Source of the DNA: Candidatus Latescibacterota bacterium
Lineage (GTDB): Bacteria; Latescibacterota; UBA2968; GCA-2709665
Length of the DNA stretch: 64,000 bases
Direction of reading: 5' to 3'
NCBI GenBank assembly: GCA_965116875.1
Contig: OZ220733.1
Location: 1,984,001-2,048,000, forward strand
In this document: positions 20,479 through 30,818 of the stretch, piece after piece
How positions within the stretch are numbered: the first letter of the stretch is position 1
How the letters are laid out: each line of letters begins with the position of its first letter
Position numbers and translations under genes: made by a program
Notes under the pieces: model-generated
Seen by the model: only the letters and a program-made list of their open reading frames with translations
What the model was told of the DNA's origin: nothing
The model's database searches: none

Positions 20479-21732
20479 TCACTTGAAGAGTAATCCGAAA
20501 TAAAACAGCGGGCTGAACAGCTTTTTCTTTGGAACCGCGTTGGCGATCATGCCGGTGATGAGATCGCTGATCTGCGGATTTTGTGCGGCCTTTTGAATGA
20601 CGAGATTGAGCAGGGGCCGCCATCGGCCCAGGTCCTGCAGGCGCTTGCTGGTTCTGAGCTCGTCGCCGATTGCATCCCAGAGGCGGTCTTCGTACCGTTT
20701 CAGGAAGGCTTCGCTGAAGTCATTCGCCGACCTGGCTTCGGCGGCGGTTTGCGCCGCGAAACGTGCGGCGTACAGGGCGTTGCCAATGCCCTCTCCCGTA
20801 AAGGGGTCGATCAGCCCCGCGGCGTCGCCCAGAAGCATGAAGCCGTTGCCGTAGCTCTTCCTCCGGATGCTGCCGATGGGCAGATTCCATCCGATGGGTT
20901 CTTCCATCGCGCGCGCATTGGCGAATCGCCGGTCGAAGGGCGGGCGGCTGATCACCGATTGAAGCGCGTCTTTCAGGTTGACCCTGCGGCGCTTGAGGCT
21001 GCTGTGCAGCATGCCGATGCCAACGTTCGCATAGCCGTTCTCGAGGGGGAAGGCCCAGAAGTACCCGGGCAGGACTTCATTGACGAAGTGCAGTTCGATC
21101 TGGTTCTTCAGTCCCGTAACGTTCTCGTAATAGCAGCGCAGGGCCACAACCCAGTGCCGGCCGTCGTGGCGATATTGCCCGGTTCGGCGTGCGACGATGG
21201 AGTTGAAGCCGTCACAGCCCAGGACCAGGTTGGCGCGGTAGGTCTGCTGTTGTCCGTTGGCGCTGCCGGTTACGCCGTTGACGATTCCGTTTTCCCGGAC
21301 CAGATCTCTAACCGCAAACCCTTCGACGCATGCGTCGACGCTGTTTTGGGCCTCACGGAAGAGGAAGGCGTCAAAAACCGTCCGGCGGATGACAAATCCC
21401 TCCATGGGGAGATTCCGGCCGGTGCCAATGTCGTGAAGCGTATGCCGCTCCAGATCGATCCAGGCATCCACGTGATCCGGGCTGCTGAAGACGATTTTGT
21501 TGATGAGGGCGCCGGGAAGATCCCGAATCCTGTCGAGCAGGCCGAGTTCGAGCAGTATGGCAACGGCTTTTCCCGACAGGGCGTCGCCGCAGATTTTGTC
21601 TCTGGGAAAAGTGGACTTGTCCAGGAGAAGGGTCTTGAGACCGTGTCGCGACGCGTACAAGGCGGCGGCGGCGCCCGCCGGCCCAGCGCCAACGATGATG
21701 AGATCATAAGTGGTTCGTTGAGGGTCCGGCAT
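20479..21732 (-). CDS. Geranylgeranyl reductase family FAD-dependent oxidoreductase
   Basis: YDLIIVGAGPAG, FPRDKICGD, GYFWAFP, LLGDAAGLIDPFTGEGIGNA. Confidence 0.9.
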   Translation of the reverse strand: MPDPQRTTYDLIIVGAGPAGAAAALYASRHGLKTLLLDKSTFPRDKICGDALSGKAVAILLELGLLDRIRDLPGALINKIVFSSPDHVDAWIDLERHTLHDIGTGRNLPMEGFVIRRTVFDAFLFREAQNSVDACVEGFAVRDLVRENGIVNGVTGSANGQQQTYRANLVLGCDGFNSIVARRTGQYRHDGRHWVVALRCYYENVTGLKNQIELHFVNEVLPGYFWAFPLENGYANVGIGMLHSSLKRRRVNLKDALQSVISRPPFDRRFANARAMEEPIGWNLPIGSIRRKSYGNGFMLLGDAAGLIDPFTGEGIGNALYAARFAAQTAAEARSANDFSEAFLKRYEDRLWDAIGDELRTSKRLQDLGRWRPLLNLVIQKAAQNPQISDLITGMIANAVPKKKLFSPLFYFGLLFK

Positions 21733-21849
21733 AAGCTCCCAGGCGCAGAGCGGCTCTAACTTCAACACGTGGTACCTTTTAACATATCTTTATCGCGTGC
21801 ACGCGTCAAGGGAGAAAACCGTGCCGCACGCAGCAGGAGGGGCCGGGAA

Positions 21850-24024
21850 TTGAGCAGGAGGCAAGCGCGAAAATCAAGGCGGCAGCGCCACGCCGGAGTC
21901 CGGAAACCGGCGACCGTCGCAGGCGTGTTCCTGGGTCTCCACGTCCTTCTCGCCTACTGGCGTCCCAATCCCTTCTGGGGCGCGGATTTCCTGTATTACT
22001 ATACCGACCCGCTGCGTGTTGTGTTCATTCTGCTGGCCGTACTCGTTTTTATTCCATGCCTTCGTACTCGAATCGGCGCGTTGTTCGGGACGATTCCTTC
22101 CATGCTATGGGGCAGCGGCGTCCGCACCTGGGCGGTTCGCATTCTGCTTGTTCTCCTGGCGCTTGCCGGATTCATTGCGCTCCAGTCCGCAAGGCATCTC
22201 CTGGGCGATGGGTACCTTTATCTGCGGGAGTTGGACGCCGGCATCACACAGCGCGTGGACAGGGCGCCGCTTACCTTCACCCTCATTCGATTCCTGCATG
22301 GTGCAGGCGCCGCGGTCTGGCAAACCGCCGAGAACACGTACCGTGTCTACAGCTACGCCTCAGGACTTCTCTATCTGTTGCTGTCCCTGGCCACGGCCGG
22401 CGCCCTCGGAAGGAACGACCGGGAGAAATCCGTGGCGTTCGCCTTCCTCGTCACCGCCGGTTACGTACAGCTCTTCTTCGGATACGTGGAAAACTACGCC
22501 TTCTACATGCCGGCCAGTCTGCTCTACCTGCTTGCGGGTCTTCGGCGCCTTGAAAACCGCGCGCCCCTCTACGCGCCCGCGCTGGTGCTGGGACTGCTCG
22601 TCCCGTTTCACTTTCTGTTCGTCCTCTTCGCGCCCTCCCTGCTCGTCCTTGGCTACCACGGGTACCGGCAGAGCGAGGCATCGATGCCGCGATGGAAGAA
22701 CGTCGCGGAGAAACTGGCCGCGTTATGTACCGCCCCTGCGGCCGCTGTGCTGGTCCTCTGGATCGCCGGATTCGACTTCGGCGCCTTTCTGGAGCGGACC
22801 GGCGGAAAACACCACATTCTCCCCCTGTTTTCCGAAACGGGCTTTCATGTGCCCTACCGCATCGTCTCCATCTCCCATCTTCTCGATTTTGTGAATCTGC
22901 AGATCCTCTCTGCCCCCGCCGCGGTGATGGCCGTGTTCCTTTTCGGCGGAAGGGACTTTCGCCACCATCCATTCCTGCTTTCGGCCGCCGCCGTCCCTCT
23001 CTTCTTCACGTTTATTGCAAATCCTGAAATCGGCGCCTTCAGAGACTGGGACATCCTGGCGCTTCCGGCCCTGCCGCTTACGCTCTGGGCAGCCTCGGCG
23101 CTGCTGGAACGCCGGCGACGGGAGGAACGGACCCACCGAAGCGTCTCTGTCATCTGCGCGGCTGCCGCCCTGCACACCATGCTGTGGATTGGTCTGAATG
23201 CCAACCCCGCTGCCGCCGAGGCGCGATACGTACACCTCATGGGCAGACTCAGCGGTCATGCCGGCTCATACGGTTGGGAGACGCTGGGTACATACTATCG
23301 TCATCAGGGAAGAACCGTACCGGCGTTGAACGCTTACAGGCGCGCGCTGGATGCGAATCCGGAGAATCCCCGCCACTGGTTGTCCGTAGGTATCATCTAC
23401 TGCGACATTGGCCGGCCGGACCGCGGGATCGACCACCTCAGAAAGGCAACGGAGATCCAGCCCGACCTCGCTGAGGCGCATATCAATCTGGGCGCCGCGT
23501 ACCTGGGGAGCGGTCGGCACGAGGCCGCGATCGACCACCTCGAGAAAGCCGTCGAACTCCAGCCCGAAACGGCGCTCGCGCTTGTCAATCTCGGCGCCGC
23601 CTACAACGAGGCGGGAAGATACAGTGAAGCCCTGGACCCTCTCGATAGAGCCCTCGAAATCCAACCCCGACACCCGGGCGCGCACGTCAATATCGGCGCC
23701 TCATACCACGGCCTTGGCCGATACGAGGAGGCCGTAGAGCACCTCGAGACCGCGCTCGAGCTTCAACCGGCCCTGGCCAACGCGCAGACCTACCTGAACA
23801 TCGGTGGGACCTACCACAGTATGGGTCGGTTCGAAGAAGCGATCCCGTATCTTCAGAAAGCCATTCAGATCAATCCCAGGCTTACGAATGCCTACTTCAA
23901 CCTGGGCCTGGCATACGGCGCACTGAATCGCATTGAGGAAGCGAGGGCCAACCTTCGAAAAGTGCTGGAGCTGAATCCCAACGATCCCCAGGCGCCGGTG
24001 ATCAGGCAGTTGTTGGGAAAGTAA
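21850..24024 (+). CDS. Polytopic membrane protein (GT-C-like) with C-terminal TPR repeats (start uncertain)
   Basis: Many TM segments, LLGDG and FFGYVENY motifs, then about 6-7 TPRs (AHINLGAAY, AYFNLGLAY). Confidence 0.75.
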   Translation: MSRRQARKSRRQRHAGVRKPATVAGVFLGLHVLLAYWRPNPFWGADFLYYYTDPLRVVFILLAVLVFIPCLRTRIGALFGTIPSMLWGSGVRTWAVRILLVLLALAGFIALQSARHLLGDGYLYLRELDAGITQRVDRAPLTFTLIRFLHGAGAAVWQTAENTYRVYSYASGLLYLLLSLATAGALGRNDREKSVAFAFLVTAGYVQLFFGYVENYAFYMPASLLYLLAGLRRLENRAPLYAPALVLGLLVPFHFLFVLFAPSLLVLGYHGYRQSEASMPRWKNVAEKLAALCTAPAAAVLVLWIAGFDFGAFLERTGGKHHILPLFSETGFHVPYRIVSISHLLDFVNLQILSAPAAVMAVFLFGGRDFRHHPFLLSAAAVPLFFTFIANPEIGAFRDWDILALPALPLTLWAASALLERRRREERTHRSVSVICAAAALHTMLWIGLNANPAAAEARYVHLMGRLSGHAGSYGWETLGTYYRHQGRTVPALNAYRRALDANPENPRHWLSVGIIYCDIGRPDRGIDHLRKATEIQPDLAEAHINLGAAYLGSGRHEAAIDHLEKAVELQPETALALVNLGAAYNEAGRYSEALDPLDRALEIQPRHPGAHVNIGASYHGLGRYEEAVEHLETALELQPALANAQTYLNIGGTYHSMGRFEEAIPYLQKAIQINPRLTNAYFNLGLAYGALNRIEEARANLRKVLELNPNDPQAPVIRQLLGK

Positions 24025-24308
24025 GCTGTCTGCCGTCAGCAATCTGCCATCAGCTCAGAACCAAAGGCGAAAACCACATCTGAGGATATCTGTACCAATG
24101 CGATCTCCGTGCGGGGTCTCGCTATCGGATAAGAATTCGGTTTCCGAACGTGATGCCACTCGAGAGGACTACCGGAGCAGGGCGCGTTGTTCCGTCCCGC
24201 ACATATTCGTGTTATACGCCGGTGTTGGCAGGCCATCGTTTCGGGTGAGTCCGGTGAGGGTATTCGCGCCGTGCATGTGGCAGGCCCCGCGCCCAGCGGC
24301 GACTTTTG

Positions 24309-24335
24309 GTTCCTTTTGGTCGCTTCAAAAGGAAC
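24309..24335. repeat. GTTCCTTTTG/CAAAAGGAAC palindrome in a ~400 bp intergenic spacer edged by GCTGA-type heptamer-like repeats
   Basis: Perfect 10-bp inverted repeat; GCTGATGGCTGACGGCTGATAGCTG at ~24402-24426. Confidence 0.5.
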
Positions 24336-24438
24336 ACGCCGTAGGCAGGGAATCTGGGGAGAAGGGGTTGTTTTTGATCTTGCTCTTCATTCTTGCCTTT
24401 AGCTGATGGCTGACGGCTGATAGCTGTTTTTTCCGACG

Positions 24439-25290
24439 TTGGTGACGACATTGGAACGAATCTATTTTATATCCGACGTTCATATTGGTGCGCCCGATAT
24501 AGAAGGCAGCGCCCGCGAACGGGAAGACGTCCTGATCGACTTCCTGAAGTCCATCCGTCACAACGCGGAGGCGCTTTACATCGTTGGCGACCTCTTTGAC
24601 TTCTGGTTCGAGTACCGCACGACGGTCCCTTCGAGCGGCGCCCGGGTCCTGTTCGAATTGTACAACCTCGTGGAGTCCGGCGTTCGCGTGATATACCTGC
24701 CCGGGAATCACGACCTGTGGCCGGGCGATTACTTTTCGGGACAGCTCGGCGTTGAACTGCCGGGCGGCCCGATTACGGTTACGCACCAGGGTCTCAGGAT
24801 CCATATTGCCCACGGAGACGAAATCCGGACCGACTGGCGGTTCCGCCTCAGCCGCGGCATTCTGAAGAACCGGTTCTGCGTGGGCTTGTTTCGCCTGCTC
24901 CATCCGGACCTTGGGGCCATGCTCGCCAGGTACACCTCCCGGCTGTCCGAATACCGGATCCGGAGAAGGGGTTCCGGAAACCGGGATATTCTCTACAAAG
25001 CAGCAAGAGAGAAGATCGGCCAGGGTGTCGACGTCGTCATTCATGGCCACTACCACTTCACGCTCCACGCCCGCGTGGGCGGATCACCAAACCATCACGC
25101 GGTCACGGAAACGGGTACCGCTAAGCACACGGATGCCGGATCTGAACGTACCGGCGAACTGGTCGTCCTGGGCGACTGGATTCAGCAATGCACCTATGCG
25201 GTCTTGGAAAACGGCGGAATCCGGCTGGGCAAGTGGAATGAGGGTACAATGTCCGAGCAGACGATCCTGACGGAAGAAGAGGATCGGTGA
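24439..25290 (+). CDS. lpxH: UDP-2,3-diacylglucosamine diphosphatase (LpxH-like metallophosphoesterase)
   Basis: YFISDVHIG, GDLFDFWFEY, PGNHD, AHGD, HGHYH, LGDWI. Confidence 0.85.
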   Translation: MVTTLERIYFISDVHIGAPDIEGSAREREDVLIDFLKSIRHNAEALYIVGDLFDFWFEYRTTVPSSGARVLFELYNLVESGVRVIYLPGNHDLWPGDYFSGQLGVELPGGPITVTHQGLRIHIAHGDEIRTDWRFRLSRGILKNRFCVGLFRLLHPDLGAMLARYTSRLSEYRIRRRGSGNRDILYKAAREKIGQGVDVVIHGHYHFTLHARVGGSPNHHAVTETGTAKHTDAGSERTGELVVLGDWIQQCTYAVLENGGIRLGKWNEGTMSEQTILTEEEDR

Positions 25291-25350
25291 GATCGCGATG
25301 CGACAACGACCCATTCAGACACACTCGTGCGATCAGTTCCGGGCGTCTTC

Positions 25351-26907
25351 ATGATTCTTTCAATCGACCAGGGAACCACGGGTACGACCGTGCTCGTCAT
25401 CAACCGCGGAGGCGATATCGTCGGCCGCGCCTACGCGGAGTTCAGCCAGATCTATCCGCAACCCGGCTGGGTTTCTCACAATGCGGATGAAATCTGGCGC
25501 TCCACATGCGCGGTAATCGCCGACGCGATGGAAGATTCAGGCATCCGCCCGGGGGACCTCGCAGGCATCGGGATCGCCAACCAGCGGGAGACCACAGTCC
25601 TATGGGACCGTCGCACCGGAGAACCGGTGCATGACGCCATCGTGTGGCAGTGCCGCCGTACCGCGGACGTCTGCCGGCGTTACCGGGAGCGGGGCCTGGA
25701 AGAGTTGGTCCGAAAAAAGACGGGCCTTGTGATTGACGCCTACTTTTCCGCGACGAAGATCGTCTGGTTTATGGAAAACGTACCCGGTATCCGTCTCAGG
25801 GCGGAGGCTGGCGACGTCTGCTTCGGCACGATCGATACCTACCTGCTCTACCGGCTCACCGGCGGTGACGTCCACGCAACCGACCTGACCAATGCCTCCC
25901 GCACCATGTGTTTCAATATCCATTCGCGCGAGTGGGACCCGGACCTGCTCGACGCGTTCGATATCCCCCGGGCGATACTCCCGGAGGTGCATCGCTCAGC
26001 CCATGTGTTCGGAAACACCCGGGGCGCGGGACCCCTGCCGGACGGGGTCCCGATTGCCGGTATCGCAGGGGACCAGCAGGCGGCGCTCTTTGGGCAGCGC
26101 GGCGTATCCATGGGGGACGTCAAGAACACCTACGGCACAGGCTGCTTCGCGCTGTTCCACACGGGCTCGAACGCGTTTCCATCGGAGAACGGTCTGCTCA
26201 CCACGCTTGCCTGCGATTCCCTCGGCGGTCCCGCATTCGCCCTGGAAGGCTCGGTTTTCAGCGCGGGCTCGGCCGTTCAGTGGCTGCGCGACGGTCTCGG
26301 TCTGATCGCGAATGCGTCCGATACGGAAGCGCTCGCACGATCGGTTCCGGACAATGGCGGCGTGTATCTCGTCCCCGCCTTCACGGGCCTGGGCGCGCCG
26401 TATTGGGATCCCGATGCCCGCGGGACGGTCGTCGGCATCAACCGGGGCACCCAACGGGCCCACTTTGCGCGCGCCGCCCTCGAATCCATCGCCTACCAGA
26501 GCGCCGCCCTTGTGGATGCCATGGCCGCCGACACGGGACGTCCCGTCACCGGAATGCGGGTCGACGGCGGCGCCTCCGTCAACGACTTCCTGATGCAGTT
26601 CCAGGCCGATATCCTCGATGTGCCGGTCATCCGTCCACGCCATACGGAGACCACCGCCCTGGGCGCCGCCATGCTCGCGGGTCTGACGACGGGTTTCTGG
26701 ACCGGGCCGGGTGCGCTTTCGGACCTGAACCCTCCCGAACGGACGTTCGAACCGTCCATGCCGAAGAAAAAGTGCGACGCCCTGCTGAATCAATGGCGTC
26801 GCGCCGTTCGAACCGCCCGCTACCACGGCAATCCGGTAAGTAGAGACAAGGAAGAAGGAAAAAGGAAGAAGGAAGAAAGGAGAAGAGGCGGAAACTTTAC
26901 TGTATGA
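25351..26907 (+). CDS. glpK: Glycerol kinase
   Basis: IDQGTTG, NQRETT, AIVWQCRRT, YFSATK, GDQQAALFGQ, KNTYGTGCF, FTGLGAPYW. Confidence 0.96.
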   Translation: MILSIDQGTTGTTVLVINRGGDIVGRAYAEFSQIYPQPGWVSHNADEIWRSTCAVIADAMEDSGIRPGDLAGIGIANQRETTVLWDRRTGEPVHDAIVWQCRRTADVCRRYRERGLEELVRKKTGLVIDAYFSATKIVWFMENVPGIRLRAEAGDVCFGTIDTYLLYRLTGGDVHATDLTNASRTMCFNIHSREWDPDLLDAFDIPRAILPEVHRSAHVFGNTRGAGPLPDGVPIAGIAGDQQAALFGQRGVSMGDVKNTYGTGCFALFHTGSNAFPSENGLLTTLACDSLGGPAFALEGSVFSAGSAVQWLRDGLGLIANASDTEALARSVPDNGGVYLVPAFTGLGAPYWDPDARGTVVGINRGTQRAHFARAALESIAYQSAALVDAMAADTGRPVTGMRVDGGASVNDFLMQFQADILDVPVIRPRHTETTALGAAMLAGLTTGFWTGPGALSDLNPPERTFEPSMPKKKCDALLNQWRRAVRTARYHGNPVSRDKEEGKRKKEERRRGGNFTV

Positions 26908-27043
26908 GACGCATTGGAATGGACGCGTATTGTGAATAACGAGAAGTGATTCTCAAAGGGCAGCGTGAGACCGTTTGGATGTGATCGTTTCCCGGCTCCC
27001 GCCTTCCGCTTTTCTCTTCCTTCTTCCTTTTTCCTTCTTCCTT
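26848..27043. repeat. 29-bp perfect inverted polypurine heptamer repeat between convergent glpK and ilvD
   Basis: AAGGAAGAAGGAAAAAGGAAGAAGGAAGA at 26848-26876 and its reverse complement at 27015-27043. Confidence 0.85.
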
Positions 27044-27048
27044 TTTTT

Positions 27049-28722
27049 TTACTCGTCCGTCACGCATCCCTCGGAAGCCGTGGTCACGGTCTTGATGTAT
27101 TTGTAGAGCGTCCCCTGCGAGGCTTTGTAAGGCGGCGCGGTCCAGGCCGCACGCCGCTTCGCCAGTTCCCCGTCGCTCAGATGCACGCTGATCTCGTTGG
27201 CCTCCGCGTCGATGGTAATCACGTCCCCATTCTCGACCAGGGCGATGGCGCCGCCCTCCTGCGCCTCGGGCGTGATATGCCCCACAACGAACCCGTGCGA
27301 CCCGCCCGAAAACCGTCCGTCCGTAATCAGGGCCACGTCCTTGCCGAGTCCCGCGCCCATAATCACCGACGTGGGTGTGAGCATCTCGGGCATGCCCGGA
27401 CCGCCCGTGGGCCCTTCGTAACGGATGACCACCACGCATCCCTTCTTCACTTCGCTTCGTTCCACCGCCCCGAGCAGGTCCTCCTCCCTGTCGAATACCG
27501 CCGCCGGACCGGAGAACCGCACCCCCTCCTTCCCCGTGATCTTGGCCACCGCGCCCTCGGACGCCAGATTTCCCCTCAGAATGCGCAGATGCCCCGTGGC
27601 CTTGATCGGCCGGTCCATGGGGCGAACCACCTCCTGACCCTCGTCAAGTCCGGGCAATTCCACGAGGTTCTCCGCAATCGTCCGACCCGTCACGGTCAGG
27701 CAGTCTCCATTCAGCAAGCCGTTCTCCAGCAGAGCTTTCATTACGCCGGGCGTTCCGCCGACGTTGTGGAGATCCTCCATCACGTACATCCCGCTGGGTT
27801 TGAAGTCCGCCAATAACGGCACCCGGTCGCTCACCGCCTGAAAGTCGTCGATGGTCAGCGGCACGCCAACGGATTTTGCGATTGCGATCATGTGCAGCAC
27901 CGCATTGGTCGACCCGCCGAGGGCCATCACCACGACCATGGCGTTCTCGAACGCCTCGCGGGTCATGATGTCCCTGGGTTTGATATCCTGCTCGAGCAGA
28001 TTTCGGATGGCCGCGCCGGACCGGAAGCACTCCTCCAGCTTGCCCTTGTCCACCGCGGGCGTCGATGAACTGTAAGGCAGCGACATGCCCATCGCTTCGA
28101 TGGCGGACGCCATCGTATTCGCGGTGTACATCCCGCCGCACGCTCCGGCGCCCGGGCAGGCGTGCTGCACAACGCCCTTTCTCCCCACCTCGTCCAGTTC
28201 GCCGGCCAGGTACTCCCCGTAGCTCTGAAAGGCCGACACGATATCGAGCTTCTTGTGGTCGCGGAATCCGGGCTTGATCGTACCTCCGTAAATCATCAAT
28301 GACGGCCGGTTCAGCCGCCCCATGGCCATCACACACCCCGGCATGTTCTTGTCGCAGCCCGGCAGGGATATATTGGCGTCGTACCACTGCGCGCCCATCA
28401 CGGTCTCGATCGAATCCGCGATGAGGTCGCGCGACTGGAGCGAAAAACTCATGCCATCCGTGCCCATGGAAATCCCGTCGCTGACGCCGATTGTGTTGAA
28501 TCGCATGCCCAGAAGACCCGCCGCATCCACTCCCTGCTTCACCTTCGCGGCGAGATCCAGCAGGTGCATATTGCAGGTATTGCCCTCGTACCACATGCTC
28601 GAGATGCCCACCTGCGCCTTGTCCATATCCGCTTCGGTCATGCCGGTTCCATACAACATCGCCTGGGACGCGCCCTGGGATTTCACCTGGGTGATCCGGG
28701 AGCTGTACTTGTTCAACGCCAT
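27049..28722 (-). CDS. ilvD: Dihydroxy-acid dehydratase
   Basis: [58 protein letters not shown]. Confidence 0.97.
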   Translation of the reverse strand: MALNKYSSRITQVKSQGASQAMLYGTGMTEADMDKAQVGISSMWYEGNTCNMHLLDLAAKVKQGVDAAGLLGMRFNTIGVSDGISMGTDGMSFSLQSRDLIADSIETVMGAQWYDANISLPGCDKNMPGCVMAMGRLNRPSLMIYGGTIKPGFRDHKKLDIVSAFQSYGEYLAGELDEVGRKGVVQHACPGAGACGGMYTANTMASAIEAMGMSLPYSSSTPAVDKGKLEECFRSGAAIRNLLEQDIKPRDIMTREAFENAMVVVMALGGSTNAVLHMIAIAKSVGVPLTIDDFQAVSDRVPLLADFKPSGMYVMEDLHNVGGTPGVMKALLENGLLNGDCLTVTGRTIAENLVELPGLDEGQEVVRPMDRPIKATGHLRILRGNLASEGAVAKITGKEGVRFSGPAAVFDREEDLLGAVERSEVKKGCVVVIRYEGPTGGPGMPEMLTPTSVIMGAGLGKDVALITDGRFSGGSHGFVVGHITPEAQEGGAIALVENGDVITIDAEANEISVHLSDGELAKRRAAWTAPPYKASQGTLYKYIKTVTTASEGCVTDE

Positions 28723-29073
28723 GCTGTTCCTTTCTCGTTTGTCCGGCTGAAGCCGTCTTGTCCGCGCGCCAGGGTTGTTTCTGGCTTGTTTTCATTCATT
28801 CCGGATTTAATTTAAGCGAATGCAAGGCAACGGTCAACTGTGGGAGAATCGGGTAGAGGTGAGACGGCAGCCGGTAGAAGAAATCCTTGCCCGATGTTTA
28901 ATTCCTCCTTGCCTGCGGCATGAGAAAAAACCTGACGAGGATGGACACCATTCGACGCGCCCCGGATGTCGGCATACCTGGAGGCGCCGGACCGTTTGGA
29001 CGGGTCGCGCGTGGTGGATGGCAATGGATTCCCCCTTTCCGCCCATCGATGTTCATGACGAGGAGACGCGCTA

Positions 29074-30342
29074 ATGGCCGGAGACGCTACGATAATTGAT
29101 CCTGCTGGGAACCCGGGCGCCGCTCCCGTTCCACAGACCGAGCGCATCGAATCGATTGACGTTCTCCGCGGCGTGGCCCTGCTAGGCATCCTCGTCATGA
29201 ACATCCAGGCATTTGCCATGCCGCAGGCGGCGTACTTCAACCCGACCGCCTATGGCGACCTCACCGGCGCGAACCGTTACGTCTGGATCGCGGGCCGGAT
29301 GCTGGCCGATCAGAAGTTCATGACGATTTTTTCGTTGCTCTTCGGCGCGGGCATTGTCCTGATGACGGGACGGGCGGAGGCACGCGGCGACGCCCGTCGG
29401 GTGCACTACCGGCGCATGAGGTGGCTGCTGGTCATCGGGCTGCTCCACGGGCATCTTCTCTGGTGGGGGGATATCCTCTTCCATTACGCTGTCTGCGGGA
29501 TGCTGGTGTATCCGCTGCGCCGCCTGTCGCCGCGGCGGCTGTTCGCCCTTGGCGTGGTGCTGCTTGTCGCTTTTTCCGCGTTCTGGGGCGTATTTGGACT
29601 GACGTTCCCGTACTGGCCGGAGGAGGCACGCGCCGAGTTTGTCGCAGACGCCTGGAAGCCGCCGCAGGAAAGGCTCGATGCGGAAATCGCCACCTACCGC
29701 GGCGGCTGGCTCCAACAGATGCCGGATCGATCAGTGACGGCGCTTGGGAGCGAGACGCTGGTGCTGATCTTTTGGGCCGTATGGCGCGCAGGTGGGTTGA
29801 TGCTGATCGGGATGGCGCTTTTCAAGAGAGACGTGTTTAACGCGCGACGCTCGACACGCTTCTACGTGTCGCTGATCGCTATGGCGGCCGCCGTCGGGAT
29901 TCCCCTCCAGGCGTACGGAATCGCACTTGACTTCGCGTCCGGGTGGTCGGTCCGGTCGCTATTCGCGGGCCTTCAGCTGGTCTATTGGACAAGTATTGCT
30001 GTCAGTCTCGGCTACGTCGGTGCGATTATGCTGGCGTGCCGGACTCGGGCGCTTCGCCGTTACACGCGTCCGTTCGCGGCCGTCGGCCAGACCGCCCTTA
30101 CCAACTATCTGCTGCAAACGGTTATCTGCACGACGATCTTCTACGGCCACGGCCTGGGATGGTTCGGCTCGGTGGATCGCGTCGGACAGGTCGGAGTGGT
30201 GGCCGGTGTCTGGGCCGTGCAGCTCATCGCCTCGCCGCTGTGGCTGCGCCGGTACCGCTTCGGGCCCGTGGAGTGGGCATGGCGGTCTCTCACCTACCGC
30301 GCGCGGCAGCCCATGAGGCGGGAAACGGCGCCCGGGCAGTGA
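29074..30342 (+). CDS. DUF418 (YeiB-like) membrane protein
   Basis: RIESIDVLRGVALLGILVMNI, KFMTIFSLLFGAG, GQTALTNYLLQ, FGPVEWAWRSLTY. Confidence 0.9.
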   Translation: MAGDATIIDPAGNPGAAPVPQTERIESIDVLRGVALLGILVMNIQAFAMPQAAYFNPTAYGDLTGANRYVWIAGRMLADQKFMTIFSLLFGAGIVLMTGRAEARGDARRVHYRRMRWLLVIGLLHGHLLWWGDILFHYAVCGMLVYPLRRLSPRRLFALGVVLLVAFSAFWGVFGLTFPYWPEEARAEFVADAWKPPQERLDAEIATYRGGWLQQMPDRSVTALGSETLVLIFWAVWRAGGLMLIGMALFKRDVFNARRSTRFYVSLIAMAAAVGIPLQAYGIALDFASGWSVRSLFAGLQLVYWTSIAVSLGYVGAIMLACRTRALRRYTRPFAAVGQTALTNYLLQTVICTTIFYGHGLGWFGSVDRVGQVGVVAGVWAVQLIASPLWLRRYRFGPVEWAWRSLTYRARQPMRRETAPGQ

Positions 30343-30818
30343 GCGTCACGTCGTCTGGCTGGACATAGCTTGCGCGGTGTGTTCTCGCTTGCGATACGTG
30401 CAGACTTACGGGTGCATATGACGGCGACTGACGGTTAGCCAGGCCAGGTTATTGGCCTTTCAGGACGAATTGCGCCTCTCCGCTTAAACCCCTGGGGGAG
30501 GCGTTTTTCTTTTGAACCACCTCCGCATTCCACCAACCGAAACCGACGACACGTTTCACGCCGGCTCTTCACTTGCCAATTCCGAACTGCGCTTTGGATG
30601 CTCCGGCTCATCGTGTTCTGTACGAGCATTGCAGCCGGTTTGACAGGGGGACGCGATGTGGCGTCATGTGCAATTACGCGTATCCGGTTCATCCACATCC
30701 GGCTGTATTCAGGCGACTCTAACGGGCAGGAAAGGGAACGGAAGACCCGACGTCTCTATCTAACAAAATGGCCGCCTGACTCTCAATCTTCAGACGCCGG
30801 GAGAAAATGGAGGCGCAT

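Noticed and set aside
20581-21759. Long antisense ORFs (this one and many others in the track)
   Set aside because: They are shadow ORFs of high-GC genes with clear family motifs on the opposite strand.
30343-30818. Cobalamin or TPP riboswitch upstream of the TonB receptor
   Set aside because: No B12-box or TPP consensus recognised; only a terminator-like hairpin at about 30472-30512.
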